Made by a program: the position numbers and the translations under genes. A DNA stretch of 42,064 bases from Candidatus Eiseniibacteriota bacterium (GTDB lineage Bacteria > Eisenbacteria > RBG-16-71-46 > SZUA-252), in contig JBGPMG010000003.1 in NCBI GenBank assembly GCA_041486815.1, positions 1-42,064 on the forward strand. The letters run 5' to 3'. The notes below the pieces were generated by a model. That model did not search any database and was not told where the DNA came from. It saw only the letters and a program-made list of their open reading frames with translations. Shown in pieces: positions 9,001-24,000 of the stretch (position 1 is the stretch's first letter; every line of letters starts with the position of its first letter).

Positions 9001-11084
9001 TCGGCGCTCTCGCGGGCGATGAAGCCCCGCACGAGACCCACCACCTCCTCCGGCGACTTCTCAAGAATCGGGCGCACGGGGAGGACCGCAAGGAAGCGCG
9101 CGCCGTAGCTCGCCCGGGAGATACGCGGATCGGCCACGATGACCGCGCCTCGGTCGTCCGCCGCGCGGATCAGCCGGCCGATCCCTTGCCGGAACCGGAG
9201 GATCGCCTCGGGGAGCATCAGATCGCGGAACGCGTCGCCGCCGTCGGCTTCGATCTGCTCCGACCGGGCCGCGACTACCGGGTCGGTCGGCACCGGAAAC
9301 GGCAGGCGCGCGATGACCAGCACTTCAAGGGCCGCCCCCGGAAAGTCGACCCCCTCCCAGAACGACGCGGCGCCGAGGAGAACCGAACCCTCGCCCGCCC
9401 GGAACTCGCGCGCGAGAGGCGCCGCCGCCTCGCCCGGCGCCTGTCGGAGGAGGCGCAGGCCCGCCTCGAGAAGCGGGGTGCGGATCCGCGCCGCGAGCTG
9501 ATCGAGCATCTGATAGGACGTGAGGAGCACGAGCAGGTTTCGACGAATCGAGGTCGCGAGGCCGATGACCACCGCGGCCAACCGTTCCACGAACTCCGGG
9601 TCGTTGGGATCGGGTCCATCGAGGACCACGCTCACGACCTGGCGCTCGAGCGCGAACGGAGATGCGACCCGCGCCGTGTCGACGGTATCGCCCTCGAGCC
9701 CGAGCGACGCCAGGAGAGGGGCGAAGTCGTCTTCGGAGATCAGCGTGGCCGAAGTCAGGAGCGTCCGCTCGCTTAGAGAGAAGAGCTGCGCGCGGAGCGC
9801 GTCGCCAACGCGAAGCGGACGCCGGTTCAGCCGGGGCGCGCCTCGCTCGTCGCGATCGAGGTAGAAGGCGGTTCCTCGCTCCTCGAGCCTCGTCACGGCG
9901 CGGAGCGCCTGCTCCACTTCGATCCATGTTGCGTGGCGGGCCCTGAGCTCCTCGACGGCGTCGTGGGCCTCGGGTCGGAGCGCGCCGCCGGGATCGCCCT
10001 CGGCCGCGTCGGCCGCGGCCTCGAGAGCGCGCGCCAGGCTCCCGATCGCCGCCATCAACTGGTCGAGCGCCGCCGGGCTCACGGCGACCCATTCGGTCTC
10101 GCGCGTCAAGCGCACCGAGGAAACGCCGTCGGGCATCAGCTGCCCCAGGTCGCGCGCGAGCGCCGCCGCGTGCTCGAGCACGGGACGAATTGCGGCCTCG
10201 GCCGCGGCGATCCGTTCCGGAACGACACCGCCACGCCCGCGGCGGAGGGCCCGAGTGAGGAGACGGAGCGCCCCTCCCCGCGCGTCGGTTCGCCCGGCGA
10301 GCCGCGCGAGATCCGAAACGCCGAGCGAAACACCCAGCTGCTCGCGCGCCACGCGTTCCACATGGTGCGCTTCGTCGAGGATCAGCGACCCAGCTTCGGC
10401 GACGAGCGTGTTTCGAAGGCCGGGATCCGAAAGGAGGAGCGCGTGGTTCACGACGACGATGTCGGCCTTCCGGGCCTCGCGCCGCGCGAGCTTCGCGAAG
10501 CAGCCGGTTTGAGCGTCGCACCCGCTTCCCGCGCAGAAGATCGGGTCCGAGCCGATCTCGGCAGCGAGCGCCGAGGGCAGATCGATCCCCAGAGCCTTGA
10601 GCTCGTCTAGCTCGCCGGTCGGTGTGAGCTCGATCCAGCGCTCCAGTCGATCGAGCGATTCTTCTCCGGATCCGAACGCGGTGAAGAGCCGCCGCTGTGC
10701 GATCCGTGAGCGGGCGCGCCGCCGGCAGAGGTAGCTTGCTCGGCCCTTCAAAGTCGCCACGCGGAGCGGAACGCCGATGGCGGCGATCGCGAGCGGCACG
10801 TCGCGCGTGAGAAGCTGATCTTGAAGGGCCTTCGTGTGCGTGCTCACGACGACCGGACCCGAGCCGCGCACGCGGTGGAGGAGGGCGGGCAGCAGGTAGG
10901 CGAGCGACTTGCCGACGCCGGTCGGCGCTTCCACCGCGAGGACGCCCCCCCTCGCTAGGACTTCGTCCCAGAGGCGGGCCATCTCAAGCTGCCCGGGTCG
11001 GCGCTCGAACGCGGGAATCAGGTGTCCCAGGCGGCCGAGTGCCGCCCGCAGCGGTTCCTGGATTTTCTTTTCGGAAGTGGTCAT
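8988..11084 (-). CDS. dinG: DinG/YoaA-family ATP-dependent Fe-S helicase
   Basis: EAPTGVGKS, YLC...C..C..C Fe-S cysteines, LDEAHH, SAT, FWEGVD, RLPF, QGIGRLIR; no N-terminal exonuclease domain; ATG 11084. Confidence 0.9.
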   Translation of the reverse strand: MTTSEKKIQEPLRAALGRLGHLIPAFERRPGQLEMARLWDEVLARGGVLAVEAPTGVGKSLAYLLPALLHRVRGSGPVVVSTHTKALQDQLLTRDVPLAIAAIGVPLRVATLKGRASYLCRRRARSRIAQRRLFTAFGSGEESLDRLERWIELTPTGELDELKALGIDLPSALAAEIGSDPIFCAGSGCDAQTGCFAKLARREARKADIVVVNHALLLSDPGLRNTLVAEAGSLILDEAHHVERVAREQLGVSLGVSDLARLAGRTDARGGALRLLTRALRRGRGGVVPERIAAAEAAIRPVLEHAAALARDLGQLMPDGVSSVRLTRETEWVAVSPAALDQLMAAIGSLARALEAAADAAEGDPGGALRPEAHDAVEELRARHATWIEVEQALRAVTRLEERGTAFYLDRDERGAPRLNRRPLRVGDALRAQLFSLSERTLLTSATLISEDDFAPLLASLGLEGDTVDTARVASPFALERQVVSVVLDGPDPNDPEFVERLAAVVIGLATSIRRNLLVLLTSYQMLDQLAARIRTPLLEAGLRLLRQAPGEAAAPLAREFRAGEGSVLLGAASFWEGVDFPGAALEVLVIARLPFPVPTDPVVAARSEQIEADGGDAFRDLMLPEAILRFRQGIGRLIRAADDRGAVIVADPRISRASYGARFLAVLPVRPILEKSPEEVVGLVRGFIARESAECPA

Positions 11085-11109
11085 GGGGTCGGATGGCGCT
11101 GCCCCTTCG

Positions 11110-11138
11110 ACCCTAAGGGAGGCTGCCCGGGAAGTCAA
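11110..11138 (-). promoter_or_regulatory. sigma70-type promoter upstream of dinG-hut
   Basis: Minus strand TTGACT-N17-TAGGGT in the ligA-dinG gap. Confidence 0.55.
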
Positions 11139-11173
11139 CGAGAGGCGCGCCCCGGTTATTGGGCCATGACCCA

Positions 11174-15011
<3,838 letters not shown>

Positions 15012-15012
<1 letters not shown>

Positions 15013-18000
15013 CAGAACGTACCTCGGAGCTCGAACCGGCCCGTGTAGTAGCCGGTCCGGCGCGGCGCTTTGAAACCGGTCCACGAGAGCGAGAGCGACA
15101 CGTTGTCGCGCACCCGGCATTCACCGAGAAAGTCGTAGTCGAGGCGGTTCCCCGTCGCGGCGCCGAGGTAGAGACCCGGCGGCGAATAGCTGCCCTGTTG
15201 AGCGCTCCATCCCCAGAGCGTACGGCCGTCGATGCGGAGCCGCGATCCCAAGTTGTATCGGGCCGTCGGTCCCACCGACCAGAGGTCGAAGAAGCCGCCG
15301 TGCGTCATGTCGATGTCCCGTCGCTGGCGCGAGAGGATCGATACTGACCAGTCCCGCCTGAGCTCGCGCGAGACCTCGAGCTCGAATGCTCGGCCGCGGA
15401 GGATCGAGCGGAGATCCTCCCCGGTGTCTTCGCGCCGGTCGGATTCGAGAGATCGGTCGTACGCGGCCGTGGCGGCCGCTCGGAGCTTGAGCGGGAGCGG
15501 ATGGCGAACGCTCAGCTTTGCGTCCCAGGAGTCCCGGCGGGACTCAAGCGCCTCGATCTCCCCGGTCCGCTCCCGCCGGAAGCCCGCCTCCGCGCGCGCA
15601 TCCGAGCGCCCCGACGGCGGGACGTACTCGAGCGTCTGGCGAGCGTTCAGCGTTCCGCGCAAGGTCGTTCCCGGCGCCAGGTAGTCGGCCGGATTGAAAG
15701 CGTGCTCCAGGCGGCCGAGCGGGAGCGTCGACAGGGTCTCGAGGCGGAGGAAGGAGCTCCCGCCGAATCCGCGCCACACCGGCCGTTTCTTCCCCGTTCG
15801 GACCGCACCACGAGAGGGGTACGTATCGAGTCGCATTTGCACGACAGCCCGCGAGCGTGTCGAAGGATCCCCCGTGGTCGCGACCAGCTCGTAGCCTCCG
15901 CCCAAGCTCGGATTCCCGAATCGATCGTACGAGCCGCCGCCAGCGCTCACCGGCCGAAGCTGGCGGATCTGCGCCGGCTCGCGGAGCTGGGTCACGTCAT
16001 AGCGAAGCTCCGAGGTGATCGGCGCGCCGGGGCGGCCCGCCAGGACCGCGAGCTGGGCCAGGTCGGTTCCTTGCGGACCCGCCGCGGACGCGACGCGCCG
16101 GCGCGTGAACCCCCCGTCGATCGAGAGCGAGGTCCCCGACCGCGCGGAGATCCCGCCGTCCCACGTCGTGGCGTGCTCATCGGTACGAGGCCCGCCGGCG
16201 AGGAGAACCGTCCGGCCTTCCCGAACCCCGTATCCCCCTCGGAGCCGGATCGATGATACCGGCGCGAGTTTGAGCCCAAGCTGCAGCTCGCGGCTTGACC
16301 GCGAGTCCACGCTGTCCCCTTCCTGACCGCGGATCCGCTCTTCCCGTGCCGTCACGCGCGGCATCACGAACCCCTTCTCGCGCGCAAGATCGAAGCCCCA
16401 CAAGGACCGGAGGCCCCGATCTCCAACCCCCGCGTTTCGCGCCTCCTCCCAGTGGAGCGTCCCCACGATCGCGGTCTTGAGATCGGCCTGGGCCGCGCGC
16501 CGGATGGAGCGCGAGCCGCCGCTCACGAGACGCCGCCCGATCTCCCCTCGCATCGCGAGCGCCGCGCCAGGATCGTACTGAAGGGAGAGCTCCTGCCGAT
16601 CCTCGCCCGTCGAGCTGGAACCTTGGTTCCATCGATCCCCTTCGAACGCCGCGTTGATCCGGTCCAGCGGCTCGAAGCGGCTTCCCATGGAACGGATCAG
16701 GGTCTGAGCGCGAACCGTGCCGAGGCTCCGCCCGGCCACGGAAACCTGGCGCGGATCGAGCCGCGCCGCGAAGCGGGCCGCCGTTCCGAAGTTGTCGCTG
16801 TCGTCGCGCGTCGAGAGAGCGTTCTCGTCGAATCCCGAGCGGGCGACCTCACCCTCGAGCGCTAGCGCGCCGAAGAGCCGCGCGGCGCCGCCCAGGTCGA
16901 GCAGCTTCTTCGAGCTCGGCACGGCGACGGTGCGGCCCGGGACGTAGGAGCCGAGATTCTGACCGCGGAAGCGGTAGAAACGCGATCCGTCCGCCGCGAG
17001 GGTATCCGCATACGCTCCCCGTCCTGGTCCGACGCCCGCGAACTCGACCTCGTAGTCGCCGCGCGAGGGGCCGAGGTAAACCCAGTGAGGATTCGCGGGA
17101 TCGGTGACATCCCACGCGTACGATCCCTGACCCGGGCCGGTGTAGCGGACGCCGCTCGGAAGGGCGACCGAAGCGGAATCGCCCAACTGACTCAGCGCCG
17201 CGCGATCGCCGGGCGTCAGCTCGGCGCCGAGAGGATGCTTCGAGTCGTCCCCTTCGGTCACGTAGCTCGCGAACCACGATCCACCTCCCGCCCGCCCGCC
17301 CTGCGTCGTCGCCGCGTAGAGGCTCCGGCGATACCGGCTTGCGGAGGCTTCGAAGTCGACGGCTATCCGGCTCTGCGCCGTGATCGGGTGGCGCACCGTG
17401 AAGGTGACGGTCGCCGCTCCGTAGTCGATCACGTAGTCGTCGTCCGCCCCGCGCTTCAGGCGGGTTCCGTCGAGCCAGATCACCTCGGAGCCCGCGACCA
17501 CCCCAGCGTCATCCGACGTGACGCTCCGGCTCGCGAGCGCGTACGGCCCTTGCCGCCCTTCCTCCCCTCGGAATTCGATCGTCCGCTTCTCGCCCTTCGC
17601 GCTCGCCGCCGCCACGTTCCACTGCGCCCCTCCCGCGCGCGCCGCGCCGCGGACCCCTTGGAGGTGCCTGGAAAGGTGGGCGAATTGGCCGGGGAGGCCG
17701 TCGAGGAAAAAATCGCCCATCGTCGCCTCGGCCCGGGACGACCGGATCGAAAGCGAGAGCCGGTCGAGATCGTCCAGCTCGCGGCTCGATCCGTCCGGCT
17801 CGAACGGCAGCTGTCGGTCGCTCATCATGGCGGCCACCTCGACGTCCCCCGCGACGCGGCCGCGAACCGTCAGATCCAGGGACTGCTCGAGCGATGCGCT
17901 GCGGTCCTTCCCTACTTCGACGCTCAACGATTTGAGGCCGCTGAAGGTGATGCCCTCGCCGGCCGGATCGGGGACCGTCGCGTGAGCGCGCCCGGGCAGG

Positions 18001-18275
18001 CTCGTGCCGGCCGCGAAGCGAGGGAGGATGGCGCTGTCCTGGACCGCCGGCGCCGCGTCACCGCCCAGCGGCCCGATCGCGCGGAGGGAGAGGAGCGATG
18101 GGGAGCGTTTCACCGCAAATTCGACGACCACGCTGTCGGGCGACTCGGGCATGCCGCCCGGGTAGATCGTGGGGATCGGACGGGCGGAGGTAACTCCAGG
18201 CCAAATCGCTACGACGAGGCCCGTGAACCAGGCTGCTGCCGCGGCGCTGCCCCGTGGTCGGGTGGGCCGTCTCAC
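15012..18275 (-). CDS. Large (1087 aa) predicted outer-membrane beta-barrel protein with SprA/Sov-like segment
   Basis: Signal peptide; SLDLTVRGRV..SD..P..PDG...LDDLD region; GSEVIWLDG.RL.RG..DDYVIDY..ATVTF resembles the SprA internal motif; alternating beta-strands; C-terminal RFELRGTF beta-signal; TGATG overlap with Omp85 gene. Confidence 0.65.
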
Positions 18276-19252
18276 GGGGCGCGCCCCCGCTCGATCGTAA
18301 AAATTTGGATTTCACCCCGGGCCGGATCGGCGATCGCAATCCGATCGAGGCGGCTGACCGCGAGCGCCGCCGGGCGCCAGGGGGCGGTCGGGCCGCCGAG
18401 CGCTCGCGAAAACCGGAGCGCTCCCTCGGGGTCATAGACCACGAGGCGCTGTCCTTCCGCATCGGAAACGTAGAGGTAGCCTTCGCCGTCCGTCGCGAGC
18501 TCGCTTGGCGAGGCGACGCCGGTCGAGTCGCGGAGCGAGACGGTGCCGAGGAGACGGCCACTCGGGGCGAATCGGCGAAGCGCGCCGGCGGCCGGATCGT
18601 GGATCCAGACGCCGCCGTCCGGCAGGAAGGCCGCGGCAGCGACCGCGCCCAGCGATTCCTCCGGAGCCAGGAATCTCGACTGGCGAGCGCGGGCCAGGCG
18701 TTCATCGAGCGATACGAGATCGCGGGAGCGCGCGGAGAGGAGCCAGAGTGCGCCGAAGGGATCGACGAGTAGACGCGCGGCGGGCGTGAACGCCTCCGCG
18801 GCGAGGTCAGCGTCCACCGTCCGCGCGGCGAGGAAGCGCCCGCTTCCATCGAAGGCCATCACGGCGCCCTTCCCCCGGTCGAGAACCAGAAGGGACTGCC
18901 GCGCATCGACCGCGAGATCGCACGGGACGGAGAAGGACGCCTCGTCGTCGCCGTACCCCCCCAGGTCCAAGAGCGCCGCACCGCGAGGGTCCAGCTTCAC
19001 GACGCGGCGACTCACCGCGTCCAGCACGTACAGGTTTCCAGCGGAATCGAATTTCAGTCGGGATGGGCGCGGGACACCGAGCGCCTCGAGCGCTTCGCGG
19101 TCGAGGATCCGCTCCGTGCGGAGCGCGAGAGGGGGGCCCGCGGGGAGCTCGCGCGTGATCGAAGGCGCGGCGATCGCGGACGAGATGGCGAAGATCGATG
19201 CCGCGAGGGAAGCGGCGAATCCGCTTCGGAACAGTGGGCTGAAGCCGCTCAT
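18272..19252 (-). CDS. Secreted NHL-repeat beta-propeller protein
   Basis: Signal peptide after ATG 19252; repeats PSRLKFDSAGNLYVLD, PCDLAVD, PSELATDGEGYLYVSD, PAALAVS..IAIAD. Confidence 0.8.
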   Translation of the reverse strand: MSGFSPLFRSGFAASLAASIFAISSAIAAPSITRELPAGPPLALRTERILDREALEALGVPRPSRLKFDSAGNLYVLDAVSRRVVKLDPRGAALLDLGGYGDDEASFSVPCDLAVDARQSLLVLDRGKGAVMAFDGSGRFLAARTVDADLAAEAFTPAARLLVDPFGALWLLSARSRDLVSLDERLARARQSRFLAPEESLGAVAAAAFLPDGGVWIHDPAAGALRRFAPSGRLLGTVSLRDSTGVASPSELATDGEGYLYVSDAEGQRLVVYDPEGALRFSRALGGPTAPWRPAALAVSRLDRIAIADPARGEIQIFTIERGRAP

Positions 19253-19295
19253 GGGTACCCCAGGCGCGCGGCGCGCGGTCGAGCGGGGGGAGGCG

Positions 19296-20162
19296 CTAAA
19301 ACCGGCGCTCGATGACCAGTCTCCCGTATCCATCCGCGTCGGTGTCCGCGTAGAACCGGGTCTCGGGCGCGTCCAGGCGCGACTCAACTTCCTTGGCTGC
19401 GTTGTGGCGGAGCAGCTGAACGTCGACGACGCTCAGGATTCGATTCAGGATCGCCGCGGCGAACGAATATTGAGCCCGGTTGAACGCTCGCCTCGAGTTC
19501 TCGCGGATCGCTTGATACGACGCCTGGAATTCCGGCGACGACCAGTCCCACGCGCGATTTCCCGTGGGCAGCTTCGCCGCCACGAACGCGTCCTGCGCCG
19601 CGGGATCGCCCGGATAGGTGTCCCGCGCTTCGCGCCGGAGATCCTCTTCATAGCTCCCGGGGCCCGATCCGCTCGATCGCTCGAACTGGCCCACGAGGCG
19701 CCAGTAGTCGTCCGATTCCTTGTTCACGCCGACGCCTGCGTTCAGCATCGCCCTCTCGATGTAGTCGTCCCTGCGCAGATGGCCGGCCACCTTCCAGTAG
19801 ACGAAGTTGGTCCAGACCGCGCCCTCCCCGATGAAGAACCCGGTCGCTCTGCCGCTGCGCCCCATCGATAGCTCTCCCCATCCGGGGAGAAGGAGCGACT
19901 GGAGGAGGGCTTTCCTTCCGGACGCGCGGCGGGGCGCCTCGGCTGTCGCGGCTCCCTCCTGCGAGCGCGCGGCGGTGAACGATCCGGACGCGCCGGCCTG
20001 CTCGAGGCTCAGCCCGCCGCGGTAGATCGTGGCGAGAGGCGACCAGCCGGCAAGCGGCGCGCGGTCCGCCGCCCTGGCCGGAGCGCCCATCGCCCCTAGC
20101 CCGAGCGCCGCAAGGAGCGCGAGGAGGGCCGCGCTAGAGACGCTTCGAGATTTGGAGCCCAA
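19296..20162 (-). CDS. Exported DUF5683-like membrane protein (paralog 2)
   Basis: TTG 20162 gives a signal peptide; SGRKALLQSLLLPGWGELSMG motif; AILNRILSVVD; ends RLVIERRF. Confidence 0.65.
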   Translation of the reverse strand: MGSKSRSVSSAALLALLAALGLGAMGAPARAADRAPLAGWSPLATIYRGGLSLEQAGASGSFTAARSQEGAATAEAPRRASGRKALLQSLLLPGWGELSMGRSGRATGFFIGEGAVWTNFVYWKVAGHLRRDDYIERAMLNAGVGVNKESDDYWRLVGQFERSSGSGPGSYEEDLRREARDTYPGDPAAQDAFVAAKLPTGNRAWDWSSPEFQASYQAIRENSRRAFNRAQYSFAAAILNRILSVVDVQLLRHNAAKEVESRLDAPETRFYADTDADGYGRLVIERRF

Positions 20163-20949
20163 TGCCGTTGTCTCTGCTGAAGGGCTTGGAGTGGATTCGG
20201 ATGAAGAGGCTCGTGTCATCGCCTAGGTCGACGCCCTTGCCTTTTTTCTTCACGAGGCGCAGGACGTCGACGGCGCTCACGATCCGGTTCACGAAGGCCG
20301 CCGCCAGAGCGTAGTGCGCGTTGTTGAGGAAATTATTGCTGTCGTTTCGAATCCCACGGTAGAAGCGGCGATTGGCGGATTCGTTGTTCGCGCCGTTGTA
20401 GTCGTCCCAGCCCTGGAAGTAGGTCGGGATCTTTCCGATGTCTTCGTAGTATTGCTGCCGGTTGCTGTCGCGAAATCCCAGAATGAGGCTGTCCTCTGGC
20501 GACCCTTGGCATCCGCACTGGCCAATCCATCTCTGATAGTCCCAGTGGTCGTCCGCGTAAGCCTCGAATTCGGTCTCTTTCGTCTTGCCGCGATCGTGAT
20601 AGTAGAAATATGTGAGCCAGGTCAGACCCTCAACCCCGACGTTCACCCATCCGCGCTTGTAGCCGGCGTATAGGTGGCCCGCCCCCGGCATCGCCAGGCT
20701 GTATAGGAACGCCTTGCCCGCGGACTTGCCTCCCTCCGGCTTCGGGGGCGGTTGGAGCGAGTCGTAGGGCGCCGCGGGGGGATTGGTCGCCCTCGTAACG
20801 GCCGTGTCCGCGATCGAGCGCTGGGCGAGCAAGATCTCGCTCAAGGAGGACCGCCGATAGTCCAAGACGGAGGATTGGGCAGGGGACGCGAACGCGGCCG
20901 CGACGAACAGGCTCACGACGAGCGAGGGAACGATGCGGAACTGGGTCAG
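20134..20949 (-). CDS. Exported DUF5683-like membrane protein (paralog 1)
   Basis: KSAGKAFLYSLAMPGAGHLYAG, QQYYEDIGK, AFVNRIVSAVD; start placed at CTG 20949 (AAGGGA RBS, completes signal peptide); GTG 20916 is the alternative. Confidence 0.7.
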   Translation of the reverse strand: MTQFRIVPSLVVSLFVAAAFASPAQSSVLDYRRSSLSEILLAQRSIADTAVTRATNPPAAPYDSLQPPPKPEGGKSAGKAFLYSLAMPGAGHLYAGYKRGWVNVGVEGLTWLTYFYYHDRGKTKETEFEAYADDHWDYQRWIGQCGCQGSPEDSLILGFRDSNRQQYYEDIGKIPTYFQGWDDYNGANNESANRRFYRGIRNDSNNFLNNAHYALAAAFVNRIVSAVDVLRLVKKKGKGVDLGDDTSLFIRIHSKPFSRDNGIGLQISKRL

Positions 20950-20996
20950 TTTTGGGTCCCTTGCGCCGGGCTGAAGTGGCTCTCGAACAACGATTT

Positions 20997-21026
20997 ATTG
21001 TACCTGGGATCGACCCTACTTGACAA
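20997..21026 (-). promoter_or_regulatory. sigma70-type internal promoter for the DUF5683-NHL-SprA-like-Omp85-ligA unit
   Basis: Minus strand TTGTCA-N18-TACAAT overlapping the end of the M6 protease gene. Confidence 0.6.
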
Positions 21027-24000
21027 CCGCGAACTTCTGGAAAACGACGTCCGCGGAACCTCCCCGCCGCGCTTCGACCCGCACCAGGTATACCCCGCTC
21101 GCCATGTTCCGGAGCCCGATTTTCGCCACATTTTCCGCCGGGGTCGGGGCAGGTGTGATCCGGCTGACTTCGTGCCCCAGCGGATCGAGAATCCGGATGA
21201 TCACCTCGGTGACCCCGTCCCCGAGCGTGTAGGCCACACCGATCTCATCGCCCAGCGCCGGGTTCGGGTAGCAGTAGACCGACCCAGGCTTGAGCGCCGG
21301 AGCCGAGGCGGCGATCGGCCCAAGGTTGAGATCCTCGAGAACCGAGGAGCGAAGCCGATTCCCTCCTAGCCCAGTCCAGGGGGTGCGGGAGGAGACGCCC
21401 GGGTCTGTCAGGAGCGCGCTATCGGCATGCGCCGCTAGCTGATAGCCGCCCAAGCTGCCGTTGAATCCCCCACCGGCGATCAGGTGAAGCCAGGCCGGGC
21501 CCGCGGGATTCGGCGGCAGATCGGAGCCGTTCAACGTGAGCAGAAGCGGCGTATCGTCGGCTCCTCCAGGGACCGAGATCGGCCACCCGGCGGCCGCGCG
21601 ACCATCCGCTTTGAGCGCGACCAGGACCCCGTTGTCGAGCGGGAAGAGCGCTTCGGGCAGACCGTCGCCGTCGACATCGCCGACGATCGGGGAACCCGAG
21701 CCTCCGACGGCCCCCGCTCCATAGCGCTGTGTGAGGGAGACCGGCCACCCCTGGACCTCCACGCCGTTCCGATTCCAGCGATGCGCGTTCCCCAGGGTGT
21801 CCACGGCGACGATCTCGGGGTAGCCGTCCCCGTCCTGATCTCCGGCCGCGACCGGCCCCGCGAGGCCAGTGAACACATGGACCGGCCAGCCGGGCAGCTC
21901 GGCTCCGGCGAGGTTGTAGCAGTGGATGGTCCCGCTCGGCGGATCGACCGCGACAAGCTCCAGATTTCGATCGGATGCGCGGTCCATGTCGAGCCCAAGC
22001 AGATACGGCTGGTAGCCGGCCCCGCCCGAGATCCAGTGCGCTTGGAACCGCCCCGGGTCCTTGCTCGCCTGGTCCACGATCCGAATGGTGCCGTTCCGGA
22101 GGGCGTACGCGACCTGGTAGCCGCCGGCGCCGGTGAACCGTCCCACAGCGAGATTGCTCGAGACGTCGGAAACGACTGGAACACCCCCGACAACCAGTGT
22201 GTCGCAAATCGCGCTCACGAGGGGCGCCTCCGTCTCGTCGTCCGAAGGGGTGATCGCGAAAATTCGCCCGTCACTTCCGCCTACGATCACGGCGGCGGTC
22301 GACGCGAGCGCGGGGGCCGTGGTCGCGGTGACCGAGGGCGCGTTCGTGTCGAGCGTCGGCGGCCAGCCGAAGAGCTGCGTCGCGCTCGGGTCCGACTGCG
22401 CGCCTGGGCGGAAGGCATAGACATTCCCGTCGACGCCCGTCGCCACAACGCCGGCGCCGTGCGACCGGATTAGTTGGTTTGCCTGGAAGAGACTGTCGGC
22501 GAACAGGACCGAGCCTCGGATCCTTGACGGGAGCGCGGCCCAGAGACCGTCGGTCCTCGACGTGAAGAACGACGACCCGCCCGCCATCCAGCCGAAGATC
22601 AGGCTGTCGGCGGAGGCGACGACCGACCGCCTGCCGTCATGGAGGAAGCTCCCGGTCGTCGGCGCGTTCCCCGTCAGCTCATGTTCGGCCGAGACCGGCC
22701 ACCCTGGAAGACGCCAATCGGAGTCGATCGAGAGGGTCATCTGGAGCCCCGGAACCGACGTGACCTTGAGGTCGACGTGGCTCCGCGCTCCGTCGTTCGT
22801 CCGCGCGCTCGGATTGGTGTCGTCCGTGAGCCTCGTATGGTTCCCCACGAAGTAGGGATCGAACTGACTGCCGAAGAAGTACCGCGAGTTGGGATTCCCG
22901 ATGTCGGCGATCCCGTCGGCTTCCAGGACACGCAAGCCGCGACGCTCCGGATTCGAATTGATTCCGAAATCAGGGTTGGCGTTCGGTCCGCAGACGTAGG
23001 TCGATTCGGACACCGCGGTGCAGATCACCGTCTCATCGACATGCCAGACCAGGATGCCCTGCCCAGGAAGGAGGAAGTCGTACTCCTTGTCGCCGAGCGA
23101 ATCGCTGAGATCGGCGCTCGAGAGCCCGGGGCCGAGGATCACCTGCTTCGTCGAGTCCCGATCCAAGTAGACGGTGTTGTCTCCGTTCAGATCCGCCTGG
23201 CGGTTCTCAACGAGCAGGTACTCGTCGGCGCCCAGAGGGACGCGGAGCAGGCGACTCTGAAGCTGGGACGATCGGAGCGAGGTCGTGAGGGATCGCCCCG
23301 GATCGACGATCGTGATGCCGTTGGGCCAGAGGACCGACTTGCACCAGGGATCGAGGCTCGTGGGCAGCACGCCGCTGGCTTCGATCAGCGCCCCCGACTG
23401 CTGGTCCTGGATCTGCGTCGCAAGGAGGTACCCGGAGTCCATGTTGCTCCAGACCCCGACCGCCGGGAAGAAGGTGTTGATGTCATAGAGGTCGGGCAGC
23501 CCCTGGGTGTGGCCGAACTCGTGCGCCATCGTGCCGTTCAGCGCGCCGTAGTACCCGTCCTGATTCTCGGTCTCCGGCATCACCATGCCCCCGTGAATTC
23601 CAACCGTGCCACCGTTCACCGCGACCGAATCGGTGAGGCCGATCTGGAAGGTGGGGAAATCGCGCGGGCTGTCGCCGGCGATGTCCGCCTGAAAGTCCGA
23701 TCCGGCGTGAAAGAGGCAGACCACGTCGAAATTCCCGAACGGGATCGAGTCGGTCGTGTCGGCCAGCGTGATCGCGTCCCGGAAGAAGCGCTGCGCCTGG
23801 TTGTACGAGGCGGCTCCGAGCGTCCACGGACCGTAGTCGCCGGTGTCGCCAAGTCGATACGCGGCGCTGTCCGCCTTCGGATAGATGTCGTAGAGGACGA
23901 CCAAGTTGCCGTACGACTGCAGGCGCCAGTAGCGGGCCATCGCCTCGAGGTGGGATAGGAAGTAGTTCCGATCGTGAGGCGGGGGGTCGATGGCGATTCC

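Noticed and set aside
8988-11084. DinG as part of type IV CRISPR or a defence system
   Set aside because: No cas or defence genes nearby; housekeeping context
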